From positions 171,802,001 to 171,866,000 of the forward strand of contig OZ024740.1 of the NCBI GenBank assembly GCA_964016885.1: 64,000 bases of DNA, written 5' to 3'. Positions 1-21,732 of the stretch are shown here, piece after piece. The position numbers were made by a program, and so were the translations under genes. The notes below the pieces were generated by a model, which saw nothing but the letters and a program-made list of their open reading frames with translations, made no database searches and was not told the DNA's origin. The stretch is from Eledone cirrhosa. Its lineage: Eukaryota. The stretch's first letter is position 1, and every line of letters starts with the position of its first letter.

Positions 1-970
1 TCAGTGGAACTTCCACTCTCGAGTTCTATAGAGGATTAGTGGTGGGCAAGTGCGATGACGCACTCGGAAAAGCTTTGGGCCTCGACGAAGTCGAACTGAC
101 CAGTCTGTACCGGAGGACTTTTGAGCCGAGGACGATGGACAATTTCCAGAAATCCCTCGCTTGGCAGTGCTACCGGGGGGCACTGCCGGTTCGGGATAAA
201 CTCTACAGGCACGGAAGTGCTGTCAGACGGACCTGCCCAAGATGCGCACAGAACGACGAAACCGTTCTGCACGCACTTGTCCAATGTCCGTGCATTACTG
301 ACTTGTGGAGTTATGTCGAACAGCTACTGTCGCGTGTGGAACGAATCCGGCTATCGGCCGAGTCCATAGTGAAGATCGAGCCGCCACCTTCCTTAGGTCA
401 GGAAGAGCAGGAAATTTTCCTCTGTCTGGTGGCAGTTGCGAAAGAGATTATATGGTGGACCAGGTTGAAAGGACTAAAGACAGGCACTTTTCTCTTCGGC
501 CAATCCCTCATCAACTTCTTCAAGTATCACCTGGAAAGGAGGGTGAGGGTGGAGAGAGAAGTGCTGCCCCCCCCCCAGTACATTTGCTAAAAGGTGGGTG
601 AATGTGGCGAGAATGGCTCGTGTGAATGGGGCTACTCTGACCATGCGCCTACAGGCTAGCTAACTTGAGGAGAGGGGTGCTCTTCCTGGGTGCCCTAGAA
701 GCGCAGGGTGGTTCAGGATTGGTGGGGTACCCGAATCACCCCAGGGTCGTCCACCCCCTATCGGGGAATTTATTTTGTTATATTTATGCATAGTTTATTT
801 TAAATTTTTATATTTTCATTGTTAAATTAGTCTTGCCATTGTGCACTTTTACTCGACCTTATTGTAAACCCCCACTGTCCCTGTCTTTGTATTGTCCCCT
901 ACATGTCGGCCCTTGTGGCTAATAAATGAAATCATTATTATTATTATTATTTTTTTTTTTTTTTTTTTTG
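1..970 (+). mobile_element. Tx1/L1-clade LINE 3' fragment (C-terminal zf-RVT region, 3' UTR, ATT/T tail)
   Basis: ORF 39..590 (MDNFQKSLAWQCYRGALPVRDKLYRH..CPRC..ETVLHALVQC) aligns by eye with the C-terminus of ORF2 at 22867..26115. It ends in ggcccttgtggctaataaatgaaatc(att)n(t)n. Confidence 0.9.
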
Positions 971-2448
971 GTATAATGATTTGAACTCCAATTTCTAGGT
1001 TGAGGATAACATCTAAACAATTTACAGAAGTATGGTTAAATTCTACCGAGATCTTAAAACCTAGGTCTCCAAAAGTAAGTGTGGGTTTTTCTTAATGTGA
1101 CCTAGGATGTGGGAATTGAAAGGATTACAGCTCTTATGTATAAGCTCATAACTGCATTCGCTTGTCGGTATGGATCACGATATAACTATAGTTTCCTTAT
1201 GAAATCGTGTGACTATATCCTTCAAGGATAGCACTTTTATACTCTCCCATAATACACAATGTCTAATGCACTACAGACAATGAACTATAACCACCATATT
1301 ACCAGTTAATAATATAGAGAGCATATCTCACTGTAACGCTAATAAAGTTTAATTAATTTAAATTTATTTTATTTTAATTCTATTTCAGGTCACATTTATT
1401 TAATTAGAGATGAATGTGATTGATTTAAGTAGAGACCTATCACGATTTCATTTAATATAATTTTACTTTATATACTACTTTTATTTCGTGTTATGTAGTT
1501 TAATATATTGTAGAGGTTCTTTTATTATTTCCAACTGTTGAGGTTAAAGCATGCAACAGCAACAAACTATGCCCCGTGCATGCCCAATCATCTTTCATTT
1601 TACTATTTTTATTTCATTGTGTAAATGTTCAGTAGGTTATAGTTGATGTCTTGATTGTGTGTGTGATGCGGTAAATATATATACACATATACACCAGGTC
1701 TGAACACAAAGGAGCCCCCCCACCCCACTGCCTCCGTCTCTCCCGCTCTCCCCAACTCTCACTATTATGAGCGAATGGGGCCCACGCGCTGGCCGCCCCG
1801 CGGCCCCGGCGGACAGGAGGTGAGTGTAGACAACACGTATTTGATTTAATAACTAAAGGAAGCACTGATGACCGATATTAATTATTAATTATTCATTAAT
1901 TATATGACTTCTGCTTTTCGTTAAATTTTTAGCCGTTCATTATTTTTTTTTACCTATTGTAGCTACTCTACGGTCTTTCCCCACATGTCTGTAAAGCTAG
2001 TCTGCCTCAAGCACGGATTAACGATGGGTGTCATTTCTCGGTTGAGGGTATAAAAAAACTATCAAGATTAATATCATTTCTTCTCCCACGGATATATACA
2101 CGATCTAGTTGTCTGCAGTAGAACTAAACCACGACCACTAAACATATCAAGAACATTAAACTTGTAACAACATTTCTGCTCATCAACGACATTCACCAAA
2201 ATTTCTTCCTTCTTAGTTCATCCAAATTATGGATCTTTCTCTGTGTTTAGGTTTAGAGTATTAGCATCAATCTAGACTATTCCAAAATGAGTGTCGATAT
2301 TGCTGGTCTGGGACGTAATGCAAAAGCCATGGAAACAACACCACTTCCCTTAAGGAAGACATTAAAAAAAGAGAATCTTTGCAAGTACTTAACTTCGTGT
2401 CAGAAACTTAATCTGCATTGCCACATGATCCAAATCCTGGGTGCTGTG

Positions 2449-2525
2449 TAACAGTTCGTCCTTCATTAATCTTATCATATATAGGCCTCCCCCACCGACT
2501 ATATATTTCTATATTTAACCATACA

Positions 2526-2574
<49 letters not shown>

Positions 2575-2652
2575 CTGTATGGTTAAATTTACAAATATAT
2601 AGTCGGTGGGGGAGGCCTATATATGATAAGATTAATGAAGGACGAACTGTTA
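2449..2652. repeat. ~80-bp inverted repeat arms flanking a central (TA)n tract
   Basis: taacagttcgtccttcattaatc...ttaaccatacagc, then (TA)n, then gctgtatggttaa...gattaatgaaggacgaactgtta. Confidence 0.9.
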
Positions 2653-5445
<2,793 letters not shown>

Positions 5446-6135
5446 TTCGTTTCTCAATTTGTTTAGTAAGATTCTTTATCTGAAAACTTGTGTTGAAACC
5501 GATATTGTTATACTTTGGTAGGGTCATGTTGCCAATAAGAAACACACGCACCAGTTGTTTTACTCAATTTATTATAAATTAAATTTATAAATTTAAGAAT
5601 TTATAAATTTCCGGTTGGTTGGTTAGTTCCACAACCGGACGGTTGTTCATATATTGTCAAAGTTCTTTCGTCACGCATTCTGTGACCTCTTCAGTGACTG
5701 GGAATTCTTTTCTTTGATTTGTGCCTCTCCTTTGTTCTGTCCTACGCCATCTTATTTTTGTGTGTGTTGTGTGCTTAGTTTGCGCATGTGTTACATCCGG
5801 GTGTCTGTGTGTGTTTTTATTTATTTATTTATTTGTTTATTTACATGTTACTGGTTGGTTGTTTGTTCTATGTGTGTGTGTTTCCATTTGGTCCTTAATT
5901 GTAAGTTATGATGTTGCTATTCCATTTATGTTTTCTATTTAATTTTGGTTGGAGTTCATTTATGTTTATTGCCTCTGTGATTTATCTAAACATTGCGTCT
6001 TTTTTGTGTGTAGATTCTATTTTTATTTTATTTCTATGAAATAAAAATAGAAATAAAAATAGAATCATTGTCTAAACATTGCGTCTTTTCTGTATGTAGA
6101 TTCTATCTTTATTTTTATTTCTATGAAATAAAAAT
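5446..6135 (-). mobile_element. Penelope-like pLTR/3' tail remnant carrying a hammerhead ribozyme
   Basis: HHR core at 5656-5698 (-), AC-rich tail on the minus strand, flanked by microsatellites. Part of it recurs as an inverted pair at 54300-54630. Confidence 0.6.
5656..5698 (-). ncRNA. Minimal type I hammerhead ribozyme
   Basis: Minus strand: gtca CTGAAGA g gtcac-agaatgc-gtgac GAAA gaac TT^ tgac (stem I gtca/tgac, stem II, CUU site). Confidence 0.75.
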
Positions 6136-10076
<3,941 letters not shown>

Positions 10077-10081
<5 letters not shown>

Positions 10082-10950
10082 AAAATTAAGATAAATCAAA
10101 TGAATTTAATCCAAATCAAAATTATGGGTGTCATGCCAGAAAGACATGCGCCATATCACCCGCAAAATAAGCTCTAAGATTCTAACGAGTTGCTCCGAGC
10201 ATTTTATAATAACTAGAAATTGATTAACATATAAATAAACATTATTATAAGGTATCTATTTTTGAAGTTCTGGTCAACTTTATGTAGTTACCTACCTAGC
10301 TATGTGTGGTTACACACTTGTAAAAATTATCTCCTGTGATTATTCATGTTTATTTATATGTTAATCAATTTCTAGTTATTATAAAATGCTCGGACCTACT
10401 CGTTAGAGTCTTAGAGCTTATTTTGCGCGTGATATGGCACATGTCTTTCTGGCATGACACACATAATTTTGATTTGGATTAAATTCATTTGATTTATCTT
10501 AATTTTGGATATAGATATATAAATACGGCTCCTTAATTGTAGAGCTAACTCTGTTGAAAGGACTCGACTGCTGTTTCTAGTTGTCAATAACCCTATTCAC
10601 GCCACTGGGACGAAGCTCGTGTGATGTGCGTATTTCTAGTAGATATAGCACGTGTTACTGGCCAGTCGCTGATTTGAACTTGAAGTGTAAACACGGATCG
10701 TTGGAACTTCTTCCTTGTTGAAAATCCAAGTATCCACTTCCGTGGTTTACCATTCGATTAATTGGTGAAATATATTTCTTTAATGGAATATATACAGGAA
10801 AGATTAATCATATTATAAGGCATCTATTTTTGAAGTTCTGGTCAACTTTATTTAGTTACCTACCTAGCTATGTGTGGTTACACGCTTGTAAAAATTATCT
10901 CCTGTGATTATTCATGTATATGTATATGTTAATCGATTTCTAGTTATCAT
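10077..10950. mobile_element. Non-coding element with inverted plus tandem architecture (unit ~567 bp), PLE/retrozyme-like
   Basis: 10077-10242 is the inverted copy of 10346-10512, and 10243-10380 is directly repeated at 10810-10947. Both ends lie in (TA)n. No canonical HHR core found. Confidence 0.65.
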
Positions 10951-12339
<1,389 letters not shown>

Positions 12340-12340
<1 letters not shown>

Positions 12341-13232
12341 AACGGAAAAAATGAAACGAAATTTCATTAAATATAAGTATGTATACGTACATACATATAT
12401 GTATACAGACGTACAGAGTATGTATATATATATATACATACATGCACACATATATATATGTACGTTCACAAATGAAATGAAATTTATATATACATATATT
12501 ATATATACATATATATATATTTATATATACATATATACATATATATACATATGTATATAAATATATATATACATATATATATACATATATATATACATAT
12601 ATAATACGGATGTTTGTTTACAAACACACTGAGCATTATAATAATTGTTCGGTGAATCCATACGTACATATATATATGTGTGCATGTATGTATATATATA
12701 TACATACTACTGTACGTCTGTATAAATGTATGTATGTACGTGTACATACTTATATTTAAGCAACAGCCGTACTAAGATTGGGAAATGAAATTTCGTTTCA
12801 TTTTTTGCGTTTATCGTTTTCGATGCACCCGGCCGATTAACCCACTCGATATGCAAATTGGGCTACTCAGCCGTTAATATGCATAAGGTAAGTATATACG
12901 TTCAACAATGTGGCGGGAAGGTATACGTTGCTGACGATAGCTAATAAGCTTGAAACTAGTACAGCGTTCCTTTGTCAGTGTTGAACACACGAACAACGAT
13001 GGTTGCTGGACACTACGGCTTAATACGGGATGTTTGTTTACAAACACACCGAGCATTATAATAAATGTTCGGTGAATCCATACGTACTTATATATATGTG
13101 TGCATGTATGTATATATATATATACATACTACTGTACGTCTGTGTACATATATGTATGTACGTGTACATACTTATATTTAAGTAAGAGCCGTACTAAGAG
13201 TGGGAAATGAAATTTCGTTTCATTTTTTCCGT
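12340..13232 (+). mobile_element. Retrozyme-like element, ~419-bp unit (about 1.5 tandem copies plus an inverted partial copy)
   Basis: 12602-12812 repeats at 13021-13232. 12340-12470 is an inverted partial copy. HHR at 12925-12967. Embedded in (TA)n. Confidence 0.8.
12925..12967 (+). ncRNA. Minimal type I hammerhead ribozyme
   Basis: acgttg CTGACGA t agct-aata-agct t GAAA ctag TA^ cagcgt; palindromic stem III (ACTAGT); stem I extends via gttcaaca/tgttgaac. Confidence 0.88.
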
Positions 13233-13256
13233 ATATATACATATATATATATACAA

Positions 13257-13317
<61 letters not shown>

Positions 13318-13385
13318 CATATAAATATATACATATATATGTATACATATATATATACATATATATACATATAAATATATATATA

Positions 13386-13585
13386 NNNNNNNNNNNNNNN
13401 NNNNNNNNNNNNNNNNNNNNNNNNNNNNNNNNNNNNNNNNNNNNNNNNNNNNNNNNNNNNNNNNNNNNNNNNNNNNNNNNNNNNNNNNNNNNNNNNNNNN
13501 NNNNNNNNNNNNNNNNNNNNNNNNNNNNNNNNNNNNNNNNNNNNNNNNNNNNNNNNNNNNNNNNNNNNNNNNNNNNNNNNNNNNN
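13386..13585. other. Assembly gap (200 N)
   Basis: Run of N. Confidence 1.
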
Positions 13586-13773
13586 GCTTTTTTGCGATAC
13601 TCCGGCCAAATCCCAACTCACTCAACAGGAAATGAGTGAGTATATTCCTAATTAAACGTTCGGGGGTGCTAACTAAATGTATTGTGGAAAAATTGGGGCT
13701 GTATTATTTCATATGAGACAGAGAGTCTGTCTATCTATATATCTATCTATCGATCGATAGATGGATGGATCTG

Positions 13774-13844
<71 letters not shown>

Positions 13845-14249
13845 ATCTCTCTCTCTCCCTCTTTCTCTCTCTGTCTCTCTCTCTCTCTCTCCCTCACTCT
13901 CTCTTTGTTATATATATATATATATAGGAGGAGGTTATAGTTCACTTGAAGCATTGTGTAATGAGGTATAAACGTTTGAATATGTATAATAAAGCCAAAA
14001 CAATGCAGGTATGGACATAGAAAAAAGAATGCAATTGCAAAAGATATTGTTGACAATTCGTCTTTTGCCTTAGATTTATCTTAAACGTCCTTAATTTTCG
14101 AGATAATATCTCTTCTTCAGAGGGAAATAAAGGTCTCAAACCAGCGTTCTAAATATCTTGCCAAGCCATGCTGACAGGAAATAGTATAGAGTATCTGTTC
14201 TATCTCTAATGTCAAAGAGTTAAAATTAGGTGGATAAAGAGTAGTCTCC

Positions 14250-15682
14250 CTTTCTACCACCTCATCAAGACCCACAAGAATAGCACTAAGACGCAAATAA
14301 GACCCATCGTCTCTAGCATAGAAGGACCCCTATACAAAATTTCCTGGCTCCTCTCCCAGGTCCTCAAGCCTCTACTCTCCACCTTTCCGGGCATGTCAGT
14401 AGCTCCGACGAAGTTATACGTAGACTACACCAACTCCAACCAGAACAACTTAAACTAAATAAATACGCTTTTAGCCTCGACGTTGTCTCACTCTACACTA
14501 CAGTCCCCGCTCATCCAGCTGTCGATTTATTGACGGACTGCGTGGTCGCAGAGGACATCCACTGCTACGGCCTCCACCCGACGGACATACACCAGCTTTT
14601 GTCCTTCACAGTAGACAACACATACTTCACCTTCCACCACCACACATACAGACAGACAACAGGATTACCCATGGGATCCAGCCTATCGGGCTTGCTGGCC
14701 ATCACCTACATGAACCAGCTAGAATGCCGAGCGCTCAACACCTGCCATTCCCATGCCTTCTTCACCCGATATGTAGATGACATACTCATCCTCACATCAT
14801 CCCGTGAGGAGGCAGATAAAATATACACAACATTCTCCAGCATGGACGTCAGTATAAAGTTCAGCATGGAACACCCCGATGACCGCGGATCCCTATCCCT
14901 ACTGGACTTCCAACTCAGGGTAACAGAGGAAGGCAACATCCACACCTGCTTCTATAAAAAAGCCGCCAGCAGGGACCTGTTCGTACATCTCAGATCGGCC
15001 CCTCCCACTCGGTGCCAAGTTCGGATACATAAGGAACGAACTGGCACGTATCCGGAACAAATGCACCGACGCTAGAGACCGAGACACACACACCACCCAT
15101 TTCCTGGAAGTACTCAAACTGAACGGATACACGACATCCACCACAAACCGTGCCAGAAAGAACAGAGGACACCACACCCTAGGCACTAACACTTGCTTCC
15201 TGAAGCTCCCACACTTCAGTGAAGAAACAACAACAGCCATCCGCAGAGCCATCAGACGAGAAGGACTAGATATCCAACTGGCCCACTCAGGTCCTTCTCT
15301 GCGCGGACAGCTAGCCGAAAGACACTCCACCAGACATGACAACTGCTGCAGACTAGCCAACTGCCCCATCAACGACACAGACCTATGCCACCAGGCTTAC
15401 GTCGTATACAGACTAGAGTGTGACAAATGCAACAACTTCTACGTAGGTAGCACCACCAGACCACTCCACATAAGAATAAAAGAACACCTCAATACTAACG
15501 CTTCCTCATTTAAGAAACACCTAGTTAAATGCAAAAACACCGACAAAACCATAACAGTTAGGATAGAAACTAAGGAAAGAAACCTCGGCAATCTTAGAAT
15601 TAAGGAAGCACTAATTATAGATAAAACACAAACACCTATCAATAATAGACTAGAACTCAACACCCAATTTATAACCCGATAG
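14250..15682 (+). pseudogene. Penelope RT + GIY-YIG endonuclease ORF, frameshifted and 5'-truncated
   Basis: Motifs YHLIKTHK, RPIVS, SLDVVSLYT, YRQTTGLPMGSSLS, RYVDD, LSLLD. GIY-YIG VVYRLECDKCNNFYVGSTTRPLHIRIKEH starts at 15401, followed by LRIKEALII and TAG at 15680-15682. Confidence 0.93.
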
Positions 15683-16050
15683 GGCTTCTAGCCCCATATT
15701 TACACACCCCATACACACACACGCTTACACCTCCACTTATTCTCTCACACACATACACACACAAAACCAGTTCTAACACCAGATAACACCTATCCCCCAC
15801 ATTTACGAATAGACTTATCTTCTCACACACACACACACTCACATACTTACACCTTCATGCATTCTCCCACACACTTAAACAGGCATGTATATAAAAAAAA
15901 AAAACCCTAAACAAACCCCTTTTAAAGGGCGACTACTCTTTATCCACCTAATTTTAACTCTTTGACATTAGAGATAGAACAGATACTCTATACTATTTCC
16001 TGTCAGTATGGCTTGGCAAGATATTTAGAACGCTGGTTTGAGACCTTTAT

Positions 16051-16090
16051 TTCCCTCTGAAGAAGAGATATTATCTCGAAAATTAAGGAC
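16051..16090 (+). ncRNA. Minimal hammerhead ribozyme in the Penelope pLTR (mirror copy at 14087-14126, minus strand)
   Basis: cct CTGAAGA a gagat-att-atctc GAAA at TA^ agg; stem I is only ~3 bp. Confidence 0.65.
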
Positions 16091-16203
16091 GTTTAAGATA
16101 AATCTAAGGTAAAAGACGAATTGTCAACAATATCTTTTGCAATTGCATTCTTTTTTCTATGTCCATACCTGCATTGTTTTGGCTTTATTATACATATTCA
16201 AAC

Positions 16204-16233
<30 letters not shown>

Positions 16234-16237
<4 letters not shown>

Positions 16238-16549
16238 TGGAACCTACGTTCACGAACGTAATTCGTTCCTGAAGGCCGTTCGTCACCAAAAATGTTCGTA
16301 AACCGAAACTATTTCCCCTATATGTTGAGAGAGAAATGCAGTGAGTGAGTGACTTTGTGTGAAGGACAAATAGATATCACCATAGTAACTAACTACACAC
16401 CATGTGTCGCTTTCCAGCTAATACTCCAAGCTTGTTGCCAACCGTTGTTGCCGGCTCGCGCGTTCGTTACACAAAACACCGTTCGTGAACCAATACATTT
16501 TATTTTCGGGGGAAACTTGTTCGTGAACTAATTTGTTCGTAACCGAGAC

Positions 16550-16556
<7 letters not shown>
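16234..16556. mobile_element. Tc1/mariner (pogo/Tigger-type) MITE
   Basis: TA|CAGTGGAACCTACGTTCACGAAC... with a degenerate inverted end ...gttcgtaaccgagactcca; inserted in (TA)n. Confidence 0.65.
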
Positions 16557-16612
<56 letters not shown>

Positions 16613-16711
16613 GACATACATATATATTATATATATATTCAAATAAAGTTACGTATTCTGAATAAGTGGGAAAAATTCACGACCGAAACTACCTTTAGAG
16701 GAGGTGTTCAG

Positions 16712-17100
16712 ATACTCTCGGATCTCGAATAATCGTCTCCCCACCCCCAAACTGCTTATTAATTTTTCAGATTTTTCGCAACCCCCCTCCTCACTCTTAT
16801 TCCAACCCCACCTACCGCTTATTAAATGTTGCCAATCTATCTCCGGCAAAGTTTTATTTTAAGTGGTAGCACTCCTGCGAGAATTAATTTTCTTTAGACA
16901 TTAAAAAACATTATACATGACCAAAAATGTGCATTACTAGAAATTCCATGCGTTATAAAATAAACAGGATGGGTTGGTGTCTCAATATTTAAACTAAACG
17001 ACTAATTCTGCTTTTTAAAAAATCAACGGAGATAACCTAGGAAAGTTACGTCACCCTCCGCGCTTATTCCAAGACCCTCCTATTTTTTGCGACCCGAGAA
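16712..17100. mobile_element. Degenerate non-autonomous DNA transposon
   Basis: tactctcggatctcgaataatcg... resembles 59868-59945 and 28560-28672 (inverted); imperfect inverted end ..gacccgagaa. Confidence 0.4.
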
Positions 17101-17764
17101 CAATGATAAACAAGCAAAACAAAGAACTTTTTTTAGCTTGAGTTGATCCTAGTCTTTTGGAACAATTTAGCGCAATGTAGTAGGAGCGGATCTTGTGTAT
17201 ATGCCAATTTATATCCAGTTCGTAAATTGGCAAGACGAGAGTGGTCAGTTATAGATATAGGAAAGGTGGAAGAAATCATGCCCTGGTTATGTGTGCCAAC
17301 AAAGAGTAGTGGCGAAATTGCTTACTGGGGAGAATTCTGCATGAAATGTATACTTACAAATAGTCTCGCAATCTGGATATTGTCAGCCTAAAACCCCTCA
17401 ACCAGCAGTGACTATCTTTGCAACTTCAAAACCTAAACTCCTTTTAGGATTTTTCAGGTTACGAACAGTTAGCAACTCCTATAACTTAAGCTGATGTCTC
17501 TCAGAACAAGTTAAGACAGTATAATGAAAGTGGATATTCTCAGTAAGCCAACTTGGAAAAGACAATGCTTATGTTTCGATCTAATTCTTGACACAGATTC
17601 ATTTTTACAGTAAAATTATAGACAAAATAGAATATTAGGAAGCAATTAGTCACACATACATACATACATTCATGCATGCATGCGTGCATACATACATACA
17701 TTCATGCATACATGCATACATACATTCATGCATACATGCATACATATCTACACACATACATACA

Positions 17765-18745
17765 TGATGATGGCTGCCCCCTCGTTATCGAGTATGGCCA
17801 TTGCACGATATAACATTATTAATTCTATCGTGCAATGCCTGTGCGTGAAGATATTTTTTAAACTGAGGAAAGACTGTGCACTGAGCCAATCCCACTCTAT
17901 GAGCGACAGTAGGTATAACCCGAAAAGAAGAAAAGATCAACATCATTGGCAACTACTGAGCCGCAGGTTTTATGTCGGGGTTATCCTAGTTTCCTGAGTT
18001 GCCTTCTTCTAGAGGAATGCCCTGATGCCCTAACATAAGCTAGGGGTCCTTCACTCCCAGTGGTTTAACCGCACGATCGGGTATCCAGTCCGATTATTTC
18101 TATGTCACCACGCATACATACATACATACATACATACATGGTGGCTGCCAACTCTTTTTCGAGTACGGCCACTACTTTATATCCATGTAGGAGAACCCCT
18201 ACCGATGCGCTGAACGAGTGTGACTTTTTAGTCCAGCCAGCGACTTGAAAACTCTGGTACAAACACTACACTTGTGACAATTATTGACACATAGTGCTGA
18301 CCCGATGGTACCATGTGACGACAAGTGCAGAGAGATCTCCAGATATAAAGAGATGCCTGTGCCGTGAAGCTTTATTATTGAGCAAAGACACTGCACAAAG
18401 CCAGTCCCACTCTCTTAACCAAGATGATATTTACCAAAAAGAAGAACAAGTCAACATCACTGGATACCATCAGGGTTGCAGGTGTTATATCAGAGTTTTC
18501 CTTCTAGAATTCTGCCTTGACAAAGGCTATGGGGTCATTTCTCCCGGTGATTTTGGATGGCCATTGACTCTTAAGAGCTCCTTTGCCCTTTGACAGGTTT
18601 TGTTTTTAGTCCTGCAGGATGTCCAAAGTCACCCTCCTCACCAAGAAACCTTGGTGGGGTTGCCAGTTTAGTCGCCAACGACCCGACCATGGGACAGGTT
18701 GTACTGGAATACATGTTACCAGTAGCACCAACTGGTGACCTGACA
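17765..18745 (-). mobile_element. Two short RTE-derived non-autonomous retroelements (17765-18110, 18140-18745) separated by (TACA)n
   Basis: The two share a terminus (atggctgcc..cgagta.ggcca). 18630-18745 matches the 5' end of the RTE at 21640-21732. RTE-type C2H2 remnant CSVCTRVFKSLAGLKSH. Confidence 0.65.
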
Positions 18746-19029
18746 CACACACATACATACATACATACATACATACATACATACATACATACATACATAC
18801 ATACATACAGTTGATGTGTAAATTCCAATGAGAGAGCTTGTGTCTATGTTAGAAACCGACTCTCTCTCTATTGGTAAAAAGTTATAAAATTATAAAACCA
18901 GAAGAACATACATACATACATGCATACATTCATGCATACATGCTTAAATGCATGCATACATAGTGTAAGCCAACTCATGTCCGAATACGACCCCTTCTTA
19001 GAAAAAAAAGCAACAGACATTGGTAAAAG

Positions 19030-21732
19030 CGTGTTATAGATGTAACTGTGGTTGATGCCGCCTCAGGTGGCTCATCGAACCAGGAAGTGATATATACGTC
19101 ATACCATGCAGCGTGTAGATAAGATTTCCGCCTGATTGAGTTTGATTGGCGTGGCATGCCTTGTGGTGCTGTATTAGCCCACCTGCAGAGTGACACACTT
19201 TGGTACAGATGTCATATGCAAAAATCAAGGAGTATGAGTATTTAAAGGTGTTATTTCTATGAGTATGATGTATAATATGACTTAGTAATCCAGCCTAGGA
19301 CGTACATACACGTCCGCATCCTTTACTGGTAAGAGTTTCTCTCGAACTCCATTCTGGGAGCAGACTAACATCCTCCATGTATTTAGTTGCTCGTTTCACT
19401 TCAGCATACGAACCCATCTTCTTCTTAAATTCCTATACACTGCTAGTAATCAGATTTCGTCACTGAACTCTGTCAATTGAAATTTTCCCTATGCTTTGTG
19501 TTGATGTTGACCGTCTTCAGCGTATTTTTCAGGCAGTCTTTAAAGCGCATGTGTGGCTGGCACTGCAGACATTTGCCTTGCAACAGTTTTCCATACAATA
19601 CTTGTTTTGAAAGTCTGCTACCCTCTAGGGATACTATGTGGCCCAACCATCGGAGATGCTGTTTTATGATGATGGTCTCGATGCTTGTCAGACAGGCCAG
19701 CTGCAACACATCAGTGTATGGTGTACGAGACCTCCATGAGATCTTCAGGATGCAGCGCAAGCAGTATTTGTGAAAGCGTTCGAGGCGCTGTATATGTCTA
19801 CTGTTTGTTGTCGATGACGCATATCCATTCAGCAAGGTTGTAAGCACACATGACCGATACACTTCAACTTTCGTGTGTACACTAATATCTGACTGTGACC
19901 ACAGGCGCTTCATCAGCTTACCAAAAAAAAAAAAAAAAATGAAAGCTTTAGACAGCCGATAGCTCACCTCTTCATCAAGGATGCTGGTTCCGGAGAGATT
20001 ACTACCCAAGTAGAGAAACGTATCCCCAACCTTCAATATTTTCCCGGTGACAGTTATGGATGGTGGAAAATATGTCTTTCTGGGTGCATGATGGTACATC
20101 ACCATTGTTTTTTCAGGCTGATTGTCAGCCCAAACTTATCATTCGCTGCCGAGAAGCAATCAACCAGAAACTGAAGGTTTTCTTCCGTGTGACTAAAAAA
20201 CCCACAATCATATAGAAGTTCACGTATCAGTGCAATACATCTTTTTGATGCAGCAAGAAATCGCCGGATGTTAATGAGCCTTCCTGTTGTTCAATAATTT
20301 ATATATATGTTGCCAACATCGGCGTTGGTGAATGCTTTTAACGAATCAGCTGCAAAGAAAATGGCAAACAAAGTCGGAACGCACAGGTCACCCTGTTTCA
20401 CGCCTGTCTCAACCAAGAGAAACCCATTGAGGCAAACCCACGTTCTCATGTTATCATACAATGAACGTATAAGCTCCGTAAACTTCTCAGGGCAACACAG
20501 CTTCAAGTGTATACTTCAACGGGAGATCAATAAAGCAATTGTACAGATCAAGCTGTGGCTCCTTACACTTCTGTATATACGGTGTGCAGTTCGTGATATA
20601 ATGACTTAACATCTCGTCTTTCTACCGGGACTTGCATGTGAAGTGCATCATCGCGCCAACATGAATCTTTTGCTGTTCGGAGTTCTCGCTGCACTCATGT
20701 CTTACATTTCTTGAAAACCTTCTCCTGCTGAGTGTTTTTCTGCACCTTCATTAGAGCATGACAAAAACTTGTCTAGACATGTTTTTTTCTTTTCCTTTAC
20801 AAGGCTTTCCACTGGTGGTTCGTTTGCGGTAAACCAGTCCTGATGTTCTTTTTCCTGCATGACCCAAAGTCATGGCCACTCTTTCATAAAGATGTTTGCT
20901 GAAAGACTGCATTATCACTATTGGTGACTTCAATTGAGTTTTTCTAGGCTGGCCAATTGTAAGACATATATACGTCTCTGCACATTGACAACTCATGTTT
21001 TATCTTCCGAACACAAACTACGGAGAGTTGCTCTTAGGCGACGGTGGCTCGTTCAACACTCTGCCCAACTTATACAATATATAGATCTGATATCCCTTAC
21101 GTCTTTCAATCACATTGTCAATAATATACCAATGACGTGAACATAGGTGCATCAAGATCCTCTTGTACTTGATGTTCTGCCTGAACCATGTGTTTCCTAT
21201 AACATGATCAAATTCATGGCATACCTGCAACAGATGTCGTACCATTTCCTATGTTTGGGGACAAAATCACCAATATCACAAGACGCCAACGTGGGGGTTT
21301 GCTACTACGTACTTCCAGTTTGTTAGTGACTGTGCACAACTCAGCTCTCCCTATTATCACAGGTCTTTTGAATGAAAACATTGTCTCTGTTATCCGTTCA
21401 GGGTCTAAGAAGTTCCAGTGTGTGAATTTGATTATAGTTGACATGGTTTCTACACAACCACACCCACTTTTCAGACAAAATTCGCAGGAAAAGCCGATGG
21501 TCCAGCATAGGTCGGGACGATCAGCAACCGATTCATCTTCAGGTTTTCTACCAGTTTCCCTCTCATAGTAAAGTTTTGGATGGCCTTTAACGCCCTTTGA
21601 CAAGATTTGTTTTTCCTCCGGCAGGATATGGATAAATCGTCCCCCTCACCAATCTAGCCGGATGGCGTGACGAGTTTAGTTGCCGACGACCACACTATGC
21701 AACAGGTTGTATTGGGTTACATATCACCAGTG
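19030..21732 (-). mobile_element. Decayed RTE-clade LINE
   Basis: Fragments: GNTWFRQ (APE), TGVKQGDLCVPTLFAIFF (RT), YLGS..TKVEVYRSCVLTTLL..LERFHKYCLRCIL..HLRWLGHI..KQVLYG. Many stops and deletions; C2H2-like remnant near 19150-19215. Confidence 0.88.

Larger units (their letters stand above)
13967..16210 (+). mobile_element. 5'-truncated Penelope-like retrotransposon with inverted pLTRs
   Basis: pLTR 15931-16210 has a near-identical inverted copy at 13967-14246. The interior encodes RT and GIY-YIG. The right end abuts (TA)n. Confidence 0.95.

Noticed and set aside
18630-18745. HDV-like ribozyme at the RTE 5' end (also 21640-21732)
   Set aside because: RTE 5' UTRs can carry HDV-like ribozymes and a P4-like hairpin plus CUAA is present, but I could not fit P1/P3/P1.1 consistently in both copies. 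It needs a descriptor search.
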